Both the position numbers and the translations under genes were made by a program. A stretch of 64,000 nucleotides of DNA, taken from positions 96,001 through 160,000 of the forward strand of contig CAVRJY010000001.1 of assembly GCA_963721805.1 (NCBI GenBank), given 5' to 3'. Within the stretch, counting starts at the first letter, position 1. Each line of letters begins with the position of its first letter. Origin of the DNA: Nitrospirota bacterium. Lineage in GTDB: Bacteria; Nitrospirota; Thermodesulfovibrionia; Thermodesulfovibrionales; JdFR-86. The notes under the pieces are model-generated. The model had not been told where the DNA came from, made no database searches, and saw only the letters and a program-made list of their open reading frames with translations. Positions 30,023-39,647 of this stretch are shown here, piece after piece.

Positions 30023-30709
30023 ATGGAAGCCCTGCTCGGCGGTTTTCAGCAGACCATCCAGCACCAATATGCATTAAGCTATATCGTGGTTTTTGCCGCG
30101 GGGCTGGTCTCGGCGTTCAGCCCGTGCGTCCTCGCGGCGGTCCCTCTGATCATCGGCTATGTCGGCGGGTACTCCGGGGGCAACAGGAAGCGCGCCGCGC
30201 TCTATTCGTTCGTGTTCGTGCTGGGGCTGTCTATAACCTTCACGGCGTTGGGCATCGCGGCGTCATACCTGGGCAGATTCCTGGCGCTGATGGGCAACGC
30301 CCTCCCGGTCGCCATAGCAGCCATCGCGGTTCTGATGGGGCTTCAGCTGCTTGGGATACTCAACATACCGCTGCCGTTTCAGAGATCGCGCGAGGTCAAG
30401 GCCAAGGGGATCGCGGGAGCCCTCCTGCTCGGCCTGCTTACCGGGGCGGTCTCATCCCCATGCGCGACCCCGGTGCTTGTGGTGATACTTGCATATGTCT
30501 CGGCCAAGGGGAGCATGCTCTATGGGGGCACGCTTTTGTTTGCCTATGCCGTCGGACACTGCGCGCTGATCTTCATCGCGGGGCTGTCCATAGGGCTGAC
30601 CGAGAGTATAATCAACCTCAGGGGCATGAAGGGGTTATCGGTGTTTTTGAGGAAGACAAGCGGAGCGGTACTTGTTGGGGCGGGGGCTTACCTCGCCTTC
30701 AGCATTTAA
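30023..30709 (+). CDS. ccdA: CcdA/DsbD transmembrane electron transporter
   Basis: FSPCV and SSPCATP motifs; six TM segments. Confidence 0.85.
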   Translation: MEALLGGFQQTIQHQYALSYIVVFAAGLVSAFSPCVLAAVPLIIGYVGGYSGGNRKRAALYSFVFVLGLSITFTALGIAASYLGRFLALMGNALPVAIAAIAVLMGLQLLGILNIPLPFQRSREVKAKGIAGALLLGLLTGAVSSPCATPVLVVILAYVSAKGSMLYGGTLLFAYAVGHCALIFIAGLSIGLTESIINLRGMKGLSVFLRKTSGAVLVGAGAYLAFSI

Positions 30710-30726
30710 CGTATCGGAGGGATAAT

Positions 30727-31800
30727 ATGGCCGTTTCGGCAAGGCTCTCATTCTTGGATCGCTACCTCACGCTCTGGATATTCCTGGCCATGGCGGCCGG
30801 GGTCTCGATAGGCTATCTCATGCCCGGCGCGGAGGCCTTCGTCGGCAGGTTTCAGGTGGGGACGACGAACGTGCCGATAGCGGCGGGCCTGATCCTGATG
30901 ATGTACCCGCCGCTTGCGAAGGTGCGCTACGAGGAGATGGGCGAGGTGCTCAGAGACCGCCGCGTGCTCGCGCTCTCGCTCATACAGAACTGGGTGATCG
31001 GCCCGGCGCTGATGTTCGCGCTCGCCGTGATATTCCTGCGCGGATACCCCGAGTACATGGCCGGGCTCATAATGATAGGCCTCGCGCGGTGCATAGCGAT
31101 GGTGATCGTATGGAACGACCTCGCCTGCGGCGACCGGCAATACGCGGCCGCGCTCGTCGCGCTCAACTCGATATTCCAGGTCCTGTTCTTCTCGGTCTAC
31201 GCCTGGTTTTTCATGACCGTTCTGCCGCCGATGCTCGGGCTCAAGGGCATGGCCGTAAGCGTGACGATGGCCGAGATAGCGAGGAGCGTGTTTGTATACC
31301 TCGGAGTCCCATTCATCGCCGGTGCGGCCACGCGCCTCGTCCTGCTGAGGCTCAAGGGCCGCGAGTGGTACGAAGGCGAGTTCATACCGCGCATCAGCCC
31401 GCTTACGCTTTGCGCCCTGCTGTTTACGATAGTCGTGATGTTCACGCTCAAGGGCAACTACATCGTCCGGTTGCCGCTTGACGTCCTGCGCATCGCGGTG
31501 CCGCTGCTGGTCTATTTCGTGGTAATGTTTGCCGTATCGTTCTGGCTTGGGCGGAGGGCCGGAGCGGGGTATGAGAAGACCGCGACGCTCTCGTTTACGG
31601 CCGCGAGCAACAACTTCGAGCTGGCTATTGCGGTTGCGGTCTCGGTCTTCGGGATCAACTCCGGCGAGGCCTTCGCGGCCGTGATAGGCCCGCTCGTCGA
31701 GGTCCCGGCCCTGATCGCGCTCGTAAACGTCGCGCTGTATGCGCAGAAGCGATGGTTCCCGAGCCCGTACTGCAAGATCACCGGAATCAGGACGCCATAG
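30727..31800 (+). CDS. acr3: Acr3-family arsenite efflux transporter
   Basis: [55 protein letters not shown]. Confidence 0.95.
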   Translation: MAVSARLSFLDRYLTLWIFLAMAAGVSIGYLMPGAEAFVGRFQVGTTNVPIAAGLILMMYPPLAKVRYEEMGEVLRDRRVLALSLIQNWVIGPALMFALAVIFLRGYPEYMAGLIMIGLARCIAMVIVWNDLACGDRQYAAALVALNSIFQVLFFSVYAWFFMTVLPPMLGLKGMAVSVTMAEIARSVFVYLGVPFIAGAATRLVLLRLKGREWYEGEFIPRISPLTLCALLFTIVVMFTLKGNYIVRLPLDVLRIAVPLLVYFVVMFAVSFWLGRRAGAGYEKTATLSFTAASNNFELAIAVAVSVFGINSGEAFAAVIGPLVEVPALIALVNVALYAQKRWFPSPYCKITGIRTP

Positions 31801-31810
31801 GGAGGCAGCC

Positions 31811-32527
31811 ATGAAGATAGCGGTGCTTGGCGACATACACGGAAACGTCGATGCTCTTAAGGCGGCGTACAAGGCCGCGCTCGCTCGCGGCGCCGAGAAG
31901 CTCTATCACCTCGGGGACATGGGCGGGTACGCCCCGTTCGTCGACGAGGTCGTGGAGTTCATAGTGGAGCACGGGATCGAGGGCGTGCAGGGCAATTACG
32001 ACGACACGGTCGGCAATGACGCCGAGCACTGCGGCTGCAAGGCCGAGAACCCTGAGCAGGCCGCGCTCGCGGAGCGGTCGTTTAGCTGGACCAAGGAGCA
32101 TGCCTCGGCGCGGAGCAAGGCCTTCATGCGCTCGCTGCCCGCTGAGATCACGCTTTCGATCGAGGGCTGGGGCATCGCGCTCTTTCACGCCTCGCCGCAC
32201 AAGAACAACCTCTACTGGTACGAGGACCGGCCGGATAAGTTCTTTTTGGAGATGGCGGAGAAGACGAGGGCGGACGTGCTGGTCTACGGCCATACGCACA
32301 AGCCCTACCGCAGGGACATCGGCGGCAGGGTCTTCATCAACGCCGGGAGCGTCGGCAAGCCCAAGGACGGCGACCCGCGCGCGTGCGCGGCGCTGATTAC
32401 GGTCACGCAACATTCCATCGAGCACGAGTTCCTGCGCGCGCCTTACGATCTGGAGAAGGTAGGTGCGGACATAGTGGCCAGCGGGCTGCCGCCGGAGTTT
32501 GCCTGGAAGCTAAAAGAAGCAAAGTAA
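31811..32527 (+). CDS. Metallophosphoesterase (calcineurin-like)
   Basis: DIHGN, LGD, GNYD, GHTH, NAGSVGKPKDGD. Confidence 0.9.
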   Translation: MKIAVLGDIHGNVDALKAAYKAALARGAEKLYHLGDMGGYAPFVDEVVEFIVEHGIEGVQGNYDDTVGNDAEHCGCKAENPEQAALAERSFSWTKEHASARSKAFMRSLPAEITLSIEGWGIALFHASPHKNNLYWYEDRPDKFFLEMAEKTRADVLVYGHTHKPYRRDIGGRVFINAGSVGKPKDGDPRACAALITVTQHSIEHEFLRAPYDLEKVGADIVASGLPPEFAWKLKEAK

Positions 32528-32540
32528 GGGAACTTTTTGG

Positions 32541-32711
32541 AAAGCGCTCCAAATCGCTTGATACTTCGTTGGGCATCGAATACTCGCCCTCTATGTACGC
32601 CCAAGTACACCATCGGGCGGTCTTCTCGCCCTGCCTAGTCTGAAGACGATTTGGGCGCGCTTTCGGGGGCACGGAAGAAGGACGCCCCCCGCGCCCCACA
32701 TGGTCAACGGC
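32541..32711 (-). repeat. Hairpin element family A, copy 6 (core 32541-32663)
   Basis: Inverted partner of copy 5. Confidence 0.88.
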
Positions 32712-32794
32712 TTTGATTAGAAAGGGGCCGGATGGCCCCTTTTAGGTGAGAGGTGCGATAGCGCCACGAATATTTGCCCGGGGGCGCTGCCCCC

Positions 32795-33139
32795 TCAGCC
32801 GGGGGGCCAGCCGAATTTGCGGCCGCCGAGCAGGTGCAGGTGCAGGTGCCACACGCTCTGGCCGGCGTCGAGGTTGCAGTTCGTGACGATGCGGAAGCCG
32901 CCCTCGGCCACTCCGCGCTCGCGAGCGATCTTGTTGGCGACCTGATAGAGGTGGCCCACGAGGGCGTTGTCTTCGGGCGTGAGGTCAAGCGTGCGGCTGA
33001 TGTGCTTGCGCGGGATGATGACCACGTGGGTCGGGGCCTGCGGGTTGATGTCGTCGAACGCGACCGCGAGGTCGTCGGAGTATACGAGTTTGGCCGGTAT
33101 CTTCCCGGCGGCTATCTTGCAGAATATGCAGTCCGTCAC
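32795..33139 (-). CDS. hinT: Histidine triad nucleotide-binding protein (HINT)
   Basis: [25 protein letters not shown]. Confidence 0.93.
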   Translation of the reverse strand: MTDCIFCKIAAGKIPAKLVYSDDLAVAFDDINPQAPTHVVIIPRKHISRTLDLTPEDNALVGHLYQVANKIARERGVAEGGFRIVTNCNLDAGQSVWHLHLHLLGGRKFGWPPG

Positions 33140-33492
33140 TCGGCCCCCTTGAGGATCTCATCGGTATCCTCCGGGTTGAGCTTGCGGTAGAAGCAGGTGC
33201 GCTCGCCCGTGTGGCACGCGCCCGCTCCGTGCTGGATCACCTGCACGAGCAGCACGTCCGAGTCACAGTCATAGAGGACTTCCTTGACCTCCTGCAGGCA
33301 ACCCGAGGTCTCGCCCTTTTTCCAGTACTTCTTGCGCGAGCGCGACCAGAAGTGCGTGTACCCGGTCGTGAGCGTAAGCGCCACGGCCTTCTTGTTCATC
33401 CAGGCCATCATCATGACCTCGCCGGTGCGGGCCTCCTGCACTATCGCCGGTATCAGGCCGCTTGCGTCGAACTTAAGCTCGCTTATCTTCAT
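33136..33492 (-). CDS. hisI: Phosphoribosyl-AMP cyclohydrolase
   Basis: [27 protein letters not shown]. Confidence 0.95.
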   Translation of the reverse strand: MKISELKFDASGLIPAIVQEARTGEVMMMAWMNKKAVALTLTTGYTHFWSRSRKKYWKKGETSGCLQEVKEVLYDCDSDVLLVQVIQHGAGACHTGERTCFYRKLNPEDTDEILKGAE

Positions 33493-33532
33493 ATGGATGT
33501 CCCCCCTGATCGGACTATTTTAACACTTTTTT

Positions 33533-34222
33533 TTAAAGCTCGCCCTTCCACGAGCCCGGCCTGCCGGGCAGCGCGAGCGCGGCGTCCAGCCTCTCGATGA
33601 ACTCACGAAGCGGGATCTCACGCGCGCCTAGGCTCACGAGATGCCCGGTCCTCACCTGGGCGTCGATCAGCTCGAACCCCCAGGCGTAGAGCAGTCTTAC
33701 GAGCGTGACGAACGCTACCTTCGATGCGTCCGTCTCGCGTGCGAACATCGACTCGCCGAAGAACATCCGGCCCATCGCGATGCCGTAGAGCCCGCCCACG
33801 AGGTTGCCCTCGCGCCATGCCTCGACCGAGTGCGCATAGCCCATCTCGGCCAGCCGCGTGTAGGCTGCGATCATCTCCTCGGTGATCCAGGTGGCGCCGT
33901 CGCGCTCGGTGTGCGTGGCCGCGCACGCGCGAATCGTGGCCTGGAAATCCTCGTCCATCGTCACCGTGAACTGCCCGCGCCTGATGCGAGACCCCAGGCT
34001 CCTCGATACCTTCAGCTCGCACGGGAAGAGCACCAGCCTCGGGTCAGGGCACCACCAGAGTATCGGCATCCCCTCTTCGTACCACGGGAATATGCCCATC
34101 GAGTAAGCAAGCAGGAGCCGTCTGGGCGAGAGGTCGCCTCCGACCGCTATCGGGCCGGCCGCGCAGTCCATCCCCAGCGGGGACGGAAACGCGATCGCGT
34201 CAGTTAAGCGCTCGATCCTCAT
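33533..34222 (-). CDS. aat: Leucyl/phenylalanyl-tRNA-protein transferase
   Basis: GGDLSP.RLL.AY..GIFPW, WWCPDPR, AHSVEAW, FFGESMF. Confidence 0.95.
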   Translation of the reverse strand: MRIERLTDAIAFPSPLGMDCAAGPIAVGGDLSPRRLLLAYSMGIFPWYEEGMPILWWCPDPRLVLFPCELKVSRSLGSRIRRGQFTVTMDEDFQATIRACAATHTERDGATWITEEMIAAYTRLAEMGYAHSVEAWREGNLVGGLYGIAMGRMFFGESMFARETDASKVAFVTLVRLLYAWGFELIDAQVRTGHLVSLGAREIPLREFIERLDAALALPGRPGSWKGEL

Positions 34223-34261
34223 AGGTTCCTGATTATAACCGATTCGAGGATGAGCGCCTTT

Positions 34262-35389
34262 TCATCTAGTCCCGATACGGTAGATCTTTCCGGATGAATA
34301 ATCAGCAACGTATATCTCCCCGCGTTCGTCAAGCCCGAACGTGCTGATGGCCAGGTGTGACTCCAGGAGCACCGCCGAGCGCCACTCGCCGCCCTCCCGC
34401 CTGAGCCCGCGTATCCGGCCGGAGCAGAAATCCCCGAAGAGGTAGATCCCATCAAGCGCGGGGAAGTCCTTCCCCGTGTATGCATACCCGCCCGTGACCG
34501 AGCAGTCCCCGGCCGAGTGGTCGTATGTCGTCACGGGCATCACGAGCCCTGTGCGGTCGCATGCCGGAGCGCCGAAGCAGCTCGCGCCCTCCATTATGTT
34601 CCAGCCGTAATTCGCCCCGGCAGCGCTTTTGTTCGATGGCTGGTAGTCGATCTCCTCGTATGTGTCCTGACCGACGTCCGCGATATAGAGCGCATCGCGG
34701 TCGAATGAGTACCTCCACGGGTTTCTGAGCCCTATGGCCCAGACCTCCGTGCCGTATGGGTTTCCGGGCGGGATGCCGTAAGGTTTCTTCCCGCCCTCTG
34801 TGTCTATGCGCAGGAGCTTGCCCAGGAGCACGCGCGGGTTCTGGCCGTTTCTGTGCGGGTCGCCTCCAGAGCCCCCATCCCCGATGCCGATATAAAGGTA
34901 TCCGTCCGGGCCGAAGACGATCTGCCCCCCGTTGTGGTTGCGGTATGGCTTGGCCTGGGTGAAGATCACCTCGCCGCTCGCCGGGTCCGCAAGGTTCAGA
35001 TCGCTGGCCGAGACTCTGTATCTAGCCACCACTACCGCGCCGTCCGAGGCGCGCGTATAGTCCACGTAGAAATACCGCTTCGACGCATACGAGGGAGGAA
35101 ACGCCAGCCCGAGCAGGCCCTGCTCAGCCCCCCGCGTCGCGATCAGCCCGGATACGTCCAAGAATGGGATAGGCCGCACCATGCCGTCTTTTATTATGTG
35201 CACCGTGCCCTTGCGCCCGACCACGAACAGCCGCCCGGAACCATCCCGCGCCGACTGTATATCGGTCGGAGAGCTAAGGCCGCTGGCATAGAGCGATATC
35301 TTTATCCCCGGCCAGCCCGCGCCCCACGCAAGCGCTCCGGATGCAAGCACCGCAACGATCGCGACGGCCCAAACGATGACCTTCTTCAT
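34262..35389 (-). CDS. PQQ-dependent sugar dehydrogenase (GSDH family), exported
   Basis: Signal peptide; EQGLLGLAF, NHNGG, FGPDGYLY, GLRNPWR. Confidence 0.9.
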   Translation of the reverse strand: MKKVIVWAVAIVAVLASGALAWGAGWPGIKISLYASGLSSPTDIQSARDGSGRLFVVGRKGTVHIIKDGMVRPIPFLDVSGLIATRGAEQGLLGLAFPPSYASKRYFYVDYTRASDGAVVVARYRVSASDLNLADPASGEVIFTQAKPYRNHNGGQIVFGPDGYLYIGIGDGGSGGDPHRNGQNPRVLLGKLLRIDTEGGKKPYGIPPGNPYGTEVWAIGLRNPWRYSFDRDALYIADVGQDTYEEIDYQPSNKSAAGANYGWNIMEGASCFGAPACDRTGLVMPVTTYDHSAGDCSVTGGYAYTGKDFPALDGIYLFGDFCSGRIRGLRREGGEWRSAVLLESHLAISTFGLDERGEIYVADYSSGKIYRIGTR

Positions 35390-35504
35390 CGCCCATTATA
35401 GGCCTCTTTGTGTCGAACGGCAAATACGATTTTTTAAAAAGGGAAAGGCGCCCGTGGCGCCCCTCACGCGCTAAGCCTTTGCCGGAGCCGATCCGCAGAG
35501 GGGC

Positions 35505-35572
35505 GGAACTGGCTCCTGGGAACTGGTTCCTAGGAACCAGTTCCTGGGAACCGGTTCCCATGGACGCGTTCC
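35505..35572. promoter_or_regulatory. Tandem palindromic GGAACYRGTTCC boxes with a 14-bp period upstream of the virion operon
   Basis: Copies at 35505, 35519, 35533 and 35547, plus a degenerate one at 35561. Confidence 0.7.
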
Positions 35573-35599
35573 GGCATGCCGTTTTAAGCTCGGTGCAGG

Positions 35600-35827
35600 A
35601 TGAAACGCGATAAGTCGATAGAGCTCACCCCCCGAAAGGCGGCGGCCCTTTTTCCGGTCACGGATGGGCAGCGCCCACCGGCCCGTTCATGGGCCGCCGC
35701 CCCCTCCCCGCAGGGCGAGGGCAATCAGGGGTTCGCCGCCCACCGTTGCTGCATTGAGCCGTCACTGGTCTGTCTCCCCCTTGCGGGCGACCCGATCTGC
35801 GACGCCTGTCTGGAGGGGACACTATGA
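35600..35827 (+). CDS. Hypothetical 75-aa protein with Cys-rich C-terminus
   Basis: ATGA overlap with the next gene; otherwise weak. Confidence 0.35.
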   Translation: MKRDKSIELTPRKAAALFPVTDGQRPPARSWAAAPSPQGEGNQGFAAHRCCIEPSLVCLPLAGDPICDACLEGTL

Positions 35828-36220
35828 TCCGCCTTCGCCGCATAGCCATGACCGATGATGTTTCGCTGGGTGTCCTGATCGGCGAGGCCGGCCTCCCGCT
35901 CGCGCTCACATTAGAGAGGCCCTGGCGCAACAACGCCCCTGAGGTCTCGTGCATACCGCCGGGCAGCTACACGGCCCGCCGCGTGACATCGCCGAAGTTC
36001 GGCGAGACGTTCGAGGTTACAGGCGTTCCGGGCCGCAGCCACATCCTCATGCACAAGGGCAACACCCCGGCCGATACCGAGGGATGCATATTGGTAGGGG
36101 CCCAGTGGGGCACGATAGCGGGTTGCCCGGCGGTGCTTGATGAGCAGCCAGGGCTACGGTGCGTTCATGACAGCGATGAGGGACAAACAGGAGTTTCAGC
36201 TCCTGATCGAAAACCAGTAA
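35824..36220 (+). pseudogene. DUF5675-family (L,D-transpeptidase-like) putative endolysin, apparently frameshifted near 36139
   Basis: TLERPW.NN...SCIP.G.Y...SPKFG...VPGRSHILMHKGN...DTEGCILVG; a family-like tail MSSQGYGAFMTAMRDKQEFQLLIENQ* lies in the +1 frame. Confidence 0.6.
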
Positions 36221-36253
36221 GGAGATGCATATGAAACAGGCAGGGACGCTCAT

Positions 36254-36562
36254 ATGATGGACGCAGAGACGTTGAGGCACGTGGCCGAGTGGGGCCCGGG
36301 GCTCCTGATCGGCGTGATGATACTGGCCGGGCTTTTCAGGCTCGCAGACCGCGTCGGGATGAGGATGGTCGCGGCCTCCGAGAGGCAGGCCGAGGCGCTT
36401 GCGGCGCAGGCCGAGGCGATGCAGGGCCTGACGACCTCGATCAGGGACTTCGTTACGCGGGACAACTCCGAGCACCGCGAGATGCTCGTGCTTTTGAGGT
36501 TCATCGCGCAGGAGCAGCAGCACTCACGCGAGCAGCAGGAGGAGGAGAAAGTTGAACACTGA
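36254..36562 (+). CDS. Holin-like single-TM coiled-coil protein
   Basis: One TM helix followed by a coiled coil; position after the lysin. Confidence 0.55.
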   Translation: MMDAETLRHVAEWGPGLLIGVMILAGLFRLADRVGMRMVAASERQAEALAAQAEAMQGLTTSIRDFVTRDNSEHREMLVLLRFIAQEQQHSREQQEEEKVEH

Positions 36563-36848
36563 GACCGCACGCAACAGGCGCATCCGCCACGCCCTGCTTC
36601 GGATACTGAAGTCCGAGTACCCCGGGGCGATAGACACCAAGGCACTGAGGTTCGCGCTCGACAACCTCGGCTATCCCATGCCGGGCCGGGTGCTCGGGGC
36701 GCACTTGGCGTACCTCAGCGAGGGCGGCTACGTCCGCGTCGAGCAGAAGGCGGGTTTCGGGTACAGGATCGAGTTTGCGTACCTGACCAAGGAGGGCTGG
36801 GACCTCCTCGACGGCCATATCGGCGAGCGCGGGGTGGACTCCGAATGA
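36552..36848 (+). CDS. Mu gp26-like winged-helix protein
   Basis: R..LLRIL...LAYLSEGGYV...AYLT.EG.DLLDG pattern; syntenic position before the terminase genes. Confidence 0.6.
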   Translation: MNTETARNRRIRHALLRILKSEYPGAIDTKALRFALDNLGYPMPGRVLGAHLAYLSEGGYVRVEQKAGFGYRIEFAYLTKEGWDLLDGHIGERGVDSE

Positions 36849-37093
36849 GCCTCCCGAGCGAGGAAAGCATGGTGCGGGCCCTCATGAGGCAAAAACGCGC
36901 TTATGAGCTGCACTTCAAGACCAAGTCGCCCGAGATCGACAACACGGCCAATACCGCGTACGTCGCGCTGATTAAGATGATCGTCGATATCGTGCGCAAA
37001 TCCAACGAGGCCGGCCCTGAAGGCCGCGACCCCGGCGAGGCCCGCCGCAGCGTGGACGAGGTCTTGAGGACCGAGTATGGGATCGAGCGATAA
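36845..37093 (+). CDS. Short protein in the small-terminase (Mu gp27-like) position
   Basis: Overlaps both neighbours; helical; ends EYGIER; only 82 aa. Confidence 0.5.
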   Translation: MSLPSEESMVRALMRQKRAYELHFKTKSPEIDNTANTAYVALIKMIVDIVRKSNEAGPEGRDPGEARRSVDEVLRTEYGIER

Positions 37094-38345
37094 GTTGATA
37101 CTCCTGCCCTACCAGCGCCGATGGGTCAACGACCGCTCCGCGATGAAGATATGGCTCGCCGCGCGCCAGATCGGCAAGTCCTTCGCCGTGGCGATGGAGG
37201 CCGTGGACGAGGCGCGCGCGGAGAAGTGCGACAACCTCATACTCTCGTCTTCCGAGCGGCAGAGCAAGGAGGTCATGAAGAAGGTCTCCTCGCACCTCCG
37301 CGTGCTGAATGTCTTAAGCGCCGACTCGCTCGACGCCAGCCGCGAAAACCGCGAGGAGGTCGAGCTCCTAAACGGCTCGCGCATCATCTCGCTTCCGGCC
37401 TCGCCGGATACGGTGCGCGGGTTTTCAGGCAACGTCTATCTGGACGAGTTCGCTTTTCATCAGGATTCGCGCGAGATATGGCGCGCGATGTACCCGACCG
37501 TGACGCGCGGCTACAAGGTGCGCATCACCTCGACCCCCAATGGCCGCCTCAATATGTTTTATGAGCTGTATAACGCGGATGCGCGGTTTTCGCGCCACCG
37601 CACGAACATACACGACGCCGTGGCCGACGGCCTGTGCGTCGATATTCCGCTTCTAAGAGACGGGATCGGAGACCCCCAGAGCTGGGCGCAGGAGTTCGAG
37701 TGTGAGTTCGTGGACGAGGCCACCGCGCTCATTACGCTCGATGAGATCGCCTCGTGTGAAGGGGACTGCGGGCAGCTAAAAGATACGACAGGTGAGCTAT
37801 ATCTGGGCGTCGATATCGGCCGCAGCCACGACCTTACGGTCATATGGATTTTAGAGCGCGTGGGCGACGTCCTCTGGACGCGCGGGGTGCGCGAGCTGCG
37901 CAATGCCTCATTCAGCTCTCAGCGCGAGACGCTGTTTTCGCTGATCGAATCCCCAGCCGTGAAGCGCTGTTGCATGGACTCCACCGGCATCGGGGCGCAG
38001 TTAAGCGAGGAGGCCCGCGAGCGGTTCGGCACGCGGGTAGAGCCTGTGCAGTTTACGCTCCAAAGCAAGGAGGACCTCGCCGTGACCGCGCGCCGGGCGT
38101 TTGAGGACCGCACCGTGCGCATCCCCCAGGACGCCACGATCCGGCGCGACATACACAGCGTCCGGAGGTATACGACCTCGGCCGGAAACGCCCGGTTCGA
38201 CGCCAGCCGCACGACGGAGCACGCCGACCGCTTCTGGGCGCTGGCCCTCGCGCTTCACGCCGCAAAGTCCCCGGCCTTGACTCAGCCCCAATACGAGCAG
38301 ATAAGCACGCGGCAGGCTGCTATGCACCGTGCTGGCTGCTGGTAA
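37077..38345 (+). CDS. Terminase large subunit (Mu gp28-like)
   Basis: LLPYQ, ARQIGKS, VYLDEFAF, ITSTPNG, LGVDIGR..D, HADRFWALALA. Confidence 0.93.
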   Translation: MGSSDKLILLPYQRRWVNDRSAMKIWLAARQIGKSFAVAMEAVDEARAEKCDNLILSSSERQSKEVMKKVSSHLRVLNVLSADSLDASRENREEVELLNGSRIISLPASPDTVRGFSGNVYLDEFAFHQDSREIWRAMYPTVTRGYKVRITSTPNGRLNMFYELYNADARFSRHRTNIHDAVADGLCVDIPLLRDGIGDPQSWAQEFECEFVDEATALITLDEIASCEGDCGQLKDTTGELYLGVDIGRSHDLTVIWILERVGDVLWTRGVRELRNASFSSQRETLFSLIESPAVKRCCMDSTGIGAQLSEEARERFGTRVEPVQFTLQSKEDLAVTARRAFEDRTVRIPQDATIRRDIHSVRRYTTSAGNARFDASRTTEHADRFWALALALHAAKSPALTQPQYEQISTRQAAMHRAGCW

Positions 38346-38424
38346 ATGCCGATGCAAATCATCGCTTCGCTCGATTTGCATCGGGGCTATAAGGCAAATC
38401 ACATCAGGATAAGGAGGTATTAAG

Positions 38425-39645
38425 ATGGCTGTTAAAGATTCATCAGGAAAGGGCCGGTCCGGCCCCCCGCCATTGGGCGGGGTGGTGGTGGCCCCGCATT
38501 TGGGCTGGCCGACGTACCCCTCGTCCGGGCTCACGCCCGAGCGCTTAAGCGCGATATTCCGCGAGGCCGACGCCGGGGACATCTCACGCCAGATCGAGCT
38601 TTACGAGGAGATGGAGGAAAAGGACGCGCATCTTGGCGCGGTGCTCCAGACTCGCAAGCTCGCTGTGGCCGGGCTTCAGTGGGAGGTCACCCCATCAGGC
38701 ACGAGCGAGGATGCGGCTATCTCAGCCGCACTCGTTAAGGACGCGCTTGCGCATGCTGCCGGGTTTGACGAGGCGATCCTCGCTCTAGTCGACGCCGTGG
38801 GCAAGGGTTTCTCTGCGGTCGAGCTTATCTGGCGAGCGGATGCTGGCCGCGTTGCGCTCAATGCGCTTCGGCCGGTAAGCCAGCGGAGTTTTTCCTTTCT
38901 CGCACCCGATGGCCTGCCCTCTGGCGAGCCGCGCCTTTTGACCGAGGCCAACCCGGTTCGCGGCGAGGCGCTCACGCCCTTTAAGTTCGCGGTTCACGCC
39001 AACATGTCCCGCACCTCATGCCCCCAGCGCGCCGGGGTGCTCAGGCCGTGCGCATGGATGTACCTGTTTAAAAATTACACGCTCAAGGACTGGCTGATCT
39101 TCAACGAGCGGTACGCGATGCCGATGCGCATTGGCAAGTTCGGCCCGTCCGCGTCCGAGGCCGACCGCCGCGTGCTCAGAAACGCGGTCTTCAACTTGGG
39201 CGCGGACGCCGCGGCCGTGATAAGCGAGGGCACGGTGATCGAGCTCCTGGAGAGCCCCGGCAAGGGCGGCTCGGCCGACCTCTACCAGAGGCTCGCCGAG
39301 TACTGCGACGCCGCGATCTCGAAGGCCGTCCTGGGCCAGACGCTAACGACCGAACAGACCGGCGGGACGTACGCCACCGCGCGAGTCCACGAGGGCGTGC
39401 GCGAGGACATCACCGCGGCCGACGCCCGCGCGCTCGAGCGCACGATAACGAGCCAGATCATCAGGCCGCTCGTGGAGTTCAACCTCGGCCCCGGCGCGCC
39501 GCTTCCCCGCTTCAGGTTCCTTATGGCGGAGGAAGAAGACCTAAAGACGCTGGCCGAGACCTACTCGACCTTAAGCGCGATGGGGGTCTCGATCCCTGAC
39601 GCCCACATCCGCGAGCGCTTCGGCATACCCGCAGGAGGCAACTAG
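38425..39645 (+). CDS. Portal protein (Mu gp29/DUF935)
   Basis: GLTPERL..I.READ.GD...Q.EL.EEMEEKD.H, DAVGKGFS, ISKAVLGQTLT. Confidence 0.92.
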   Translation: MAVKDSSGKGRSGPPPLGGVVVAPHLGWPTYPSSGLTPERLSAIFREADAGDISRQIELYEEMEEKDAHLGAVLQTRKLAVAGLQWEVTPSGTSEDAAISAALVKDALAHAAGFDEAILALVDAVGKGFSAVELIWRADAGRVALNALRPVSQRSFSFLAPDGLPSGEPRLLTEANPVRGEALTPFKFAVHANMSRTSCPQRAGVLRPCAWMYLFKNYTLKDWLIFNERYAMPMRIGKFGPSASEADRRVLRNAVFNLGADAAAVISEGTVIELLESPGKGGSADLYQRLAEYCDAAISKAVLGQTLTTEQTGGTYATARVHEGVREDITAADARALERTITSQIIRPLVEFNLGPGAPLPRFRFLMAEEEDLKTLAETYSTLSAMGVSIPDAHIRERFGIPAGGN

Positions 39646-39647
39646 AC

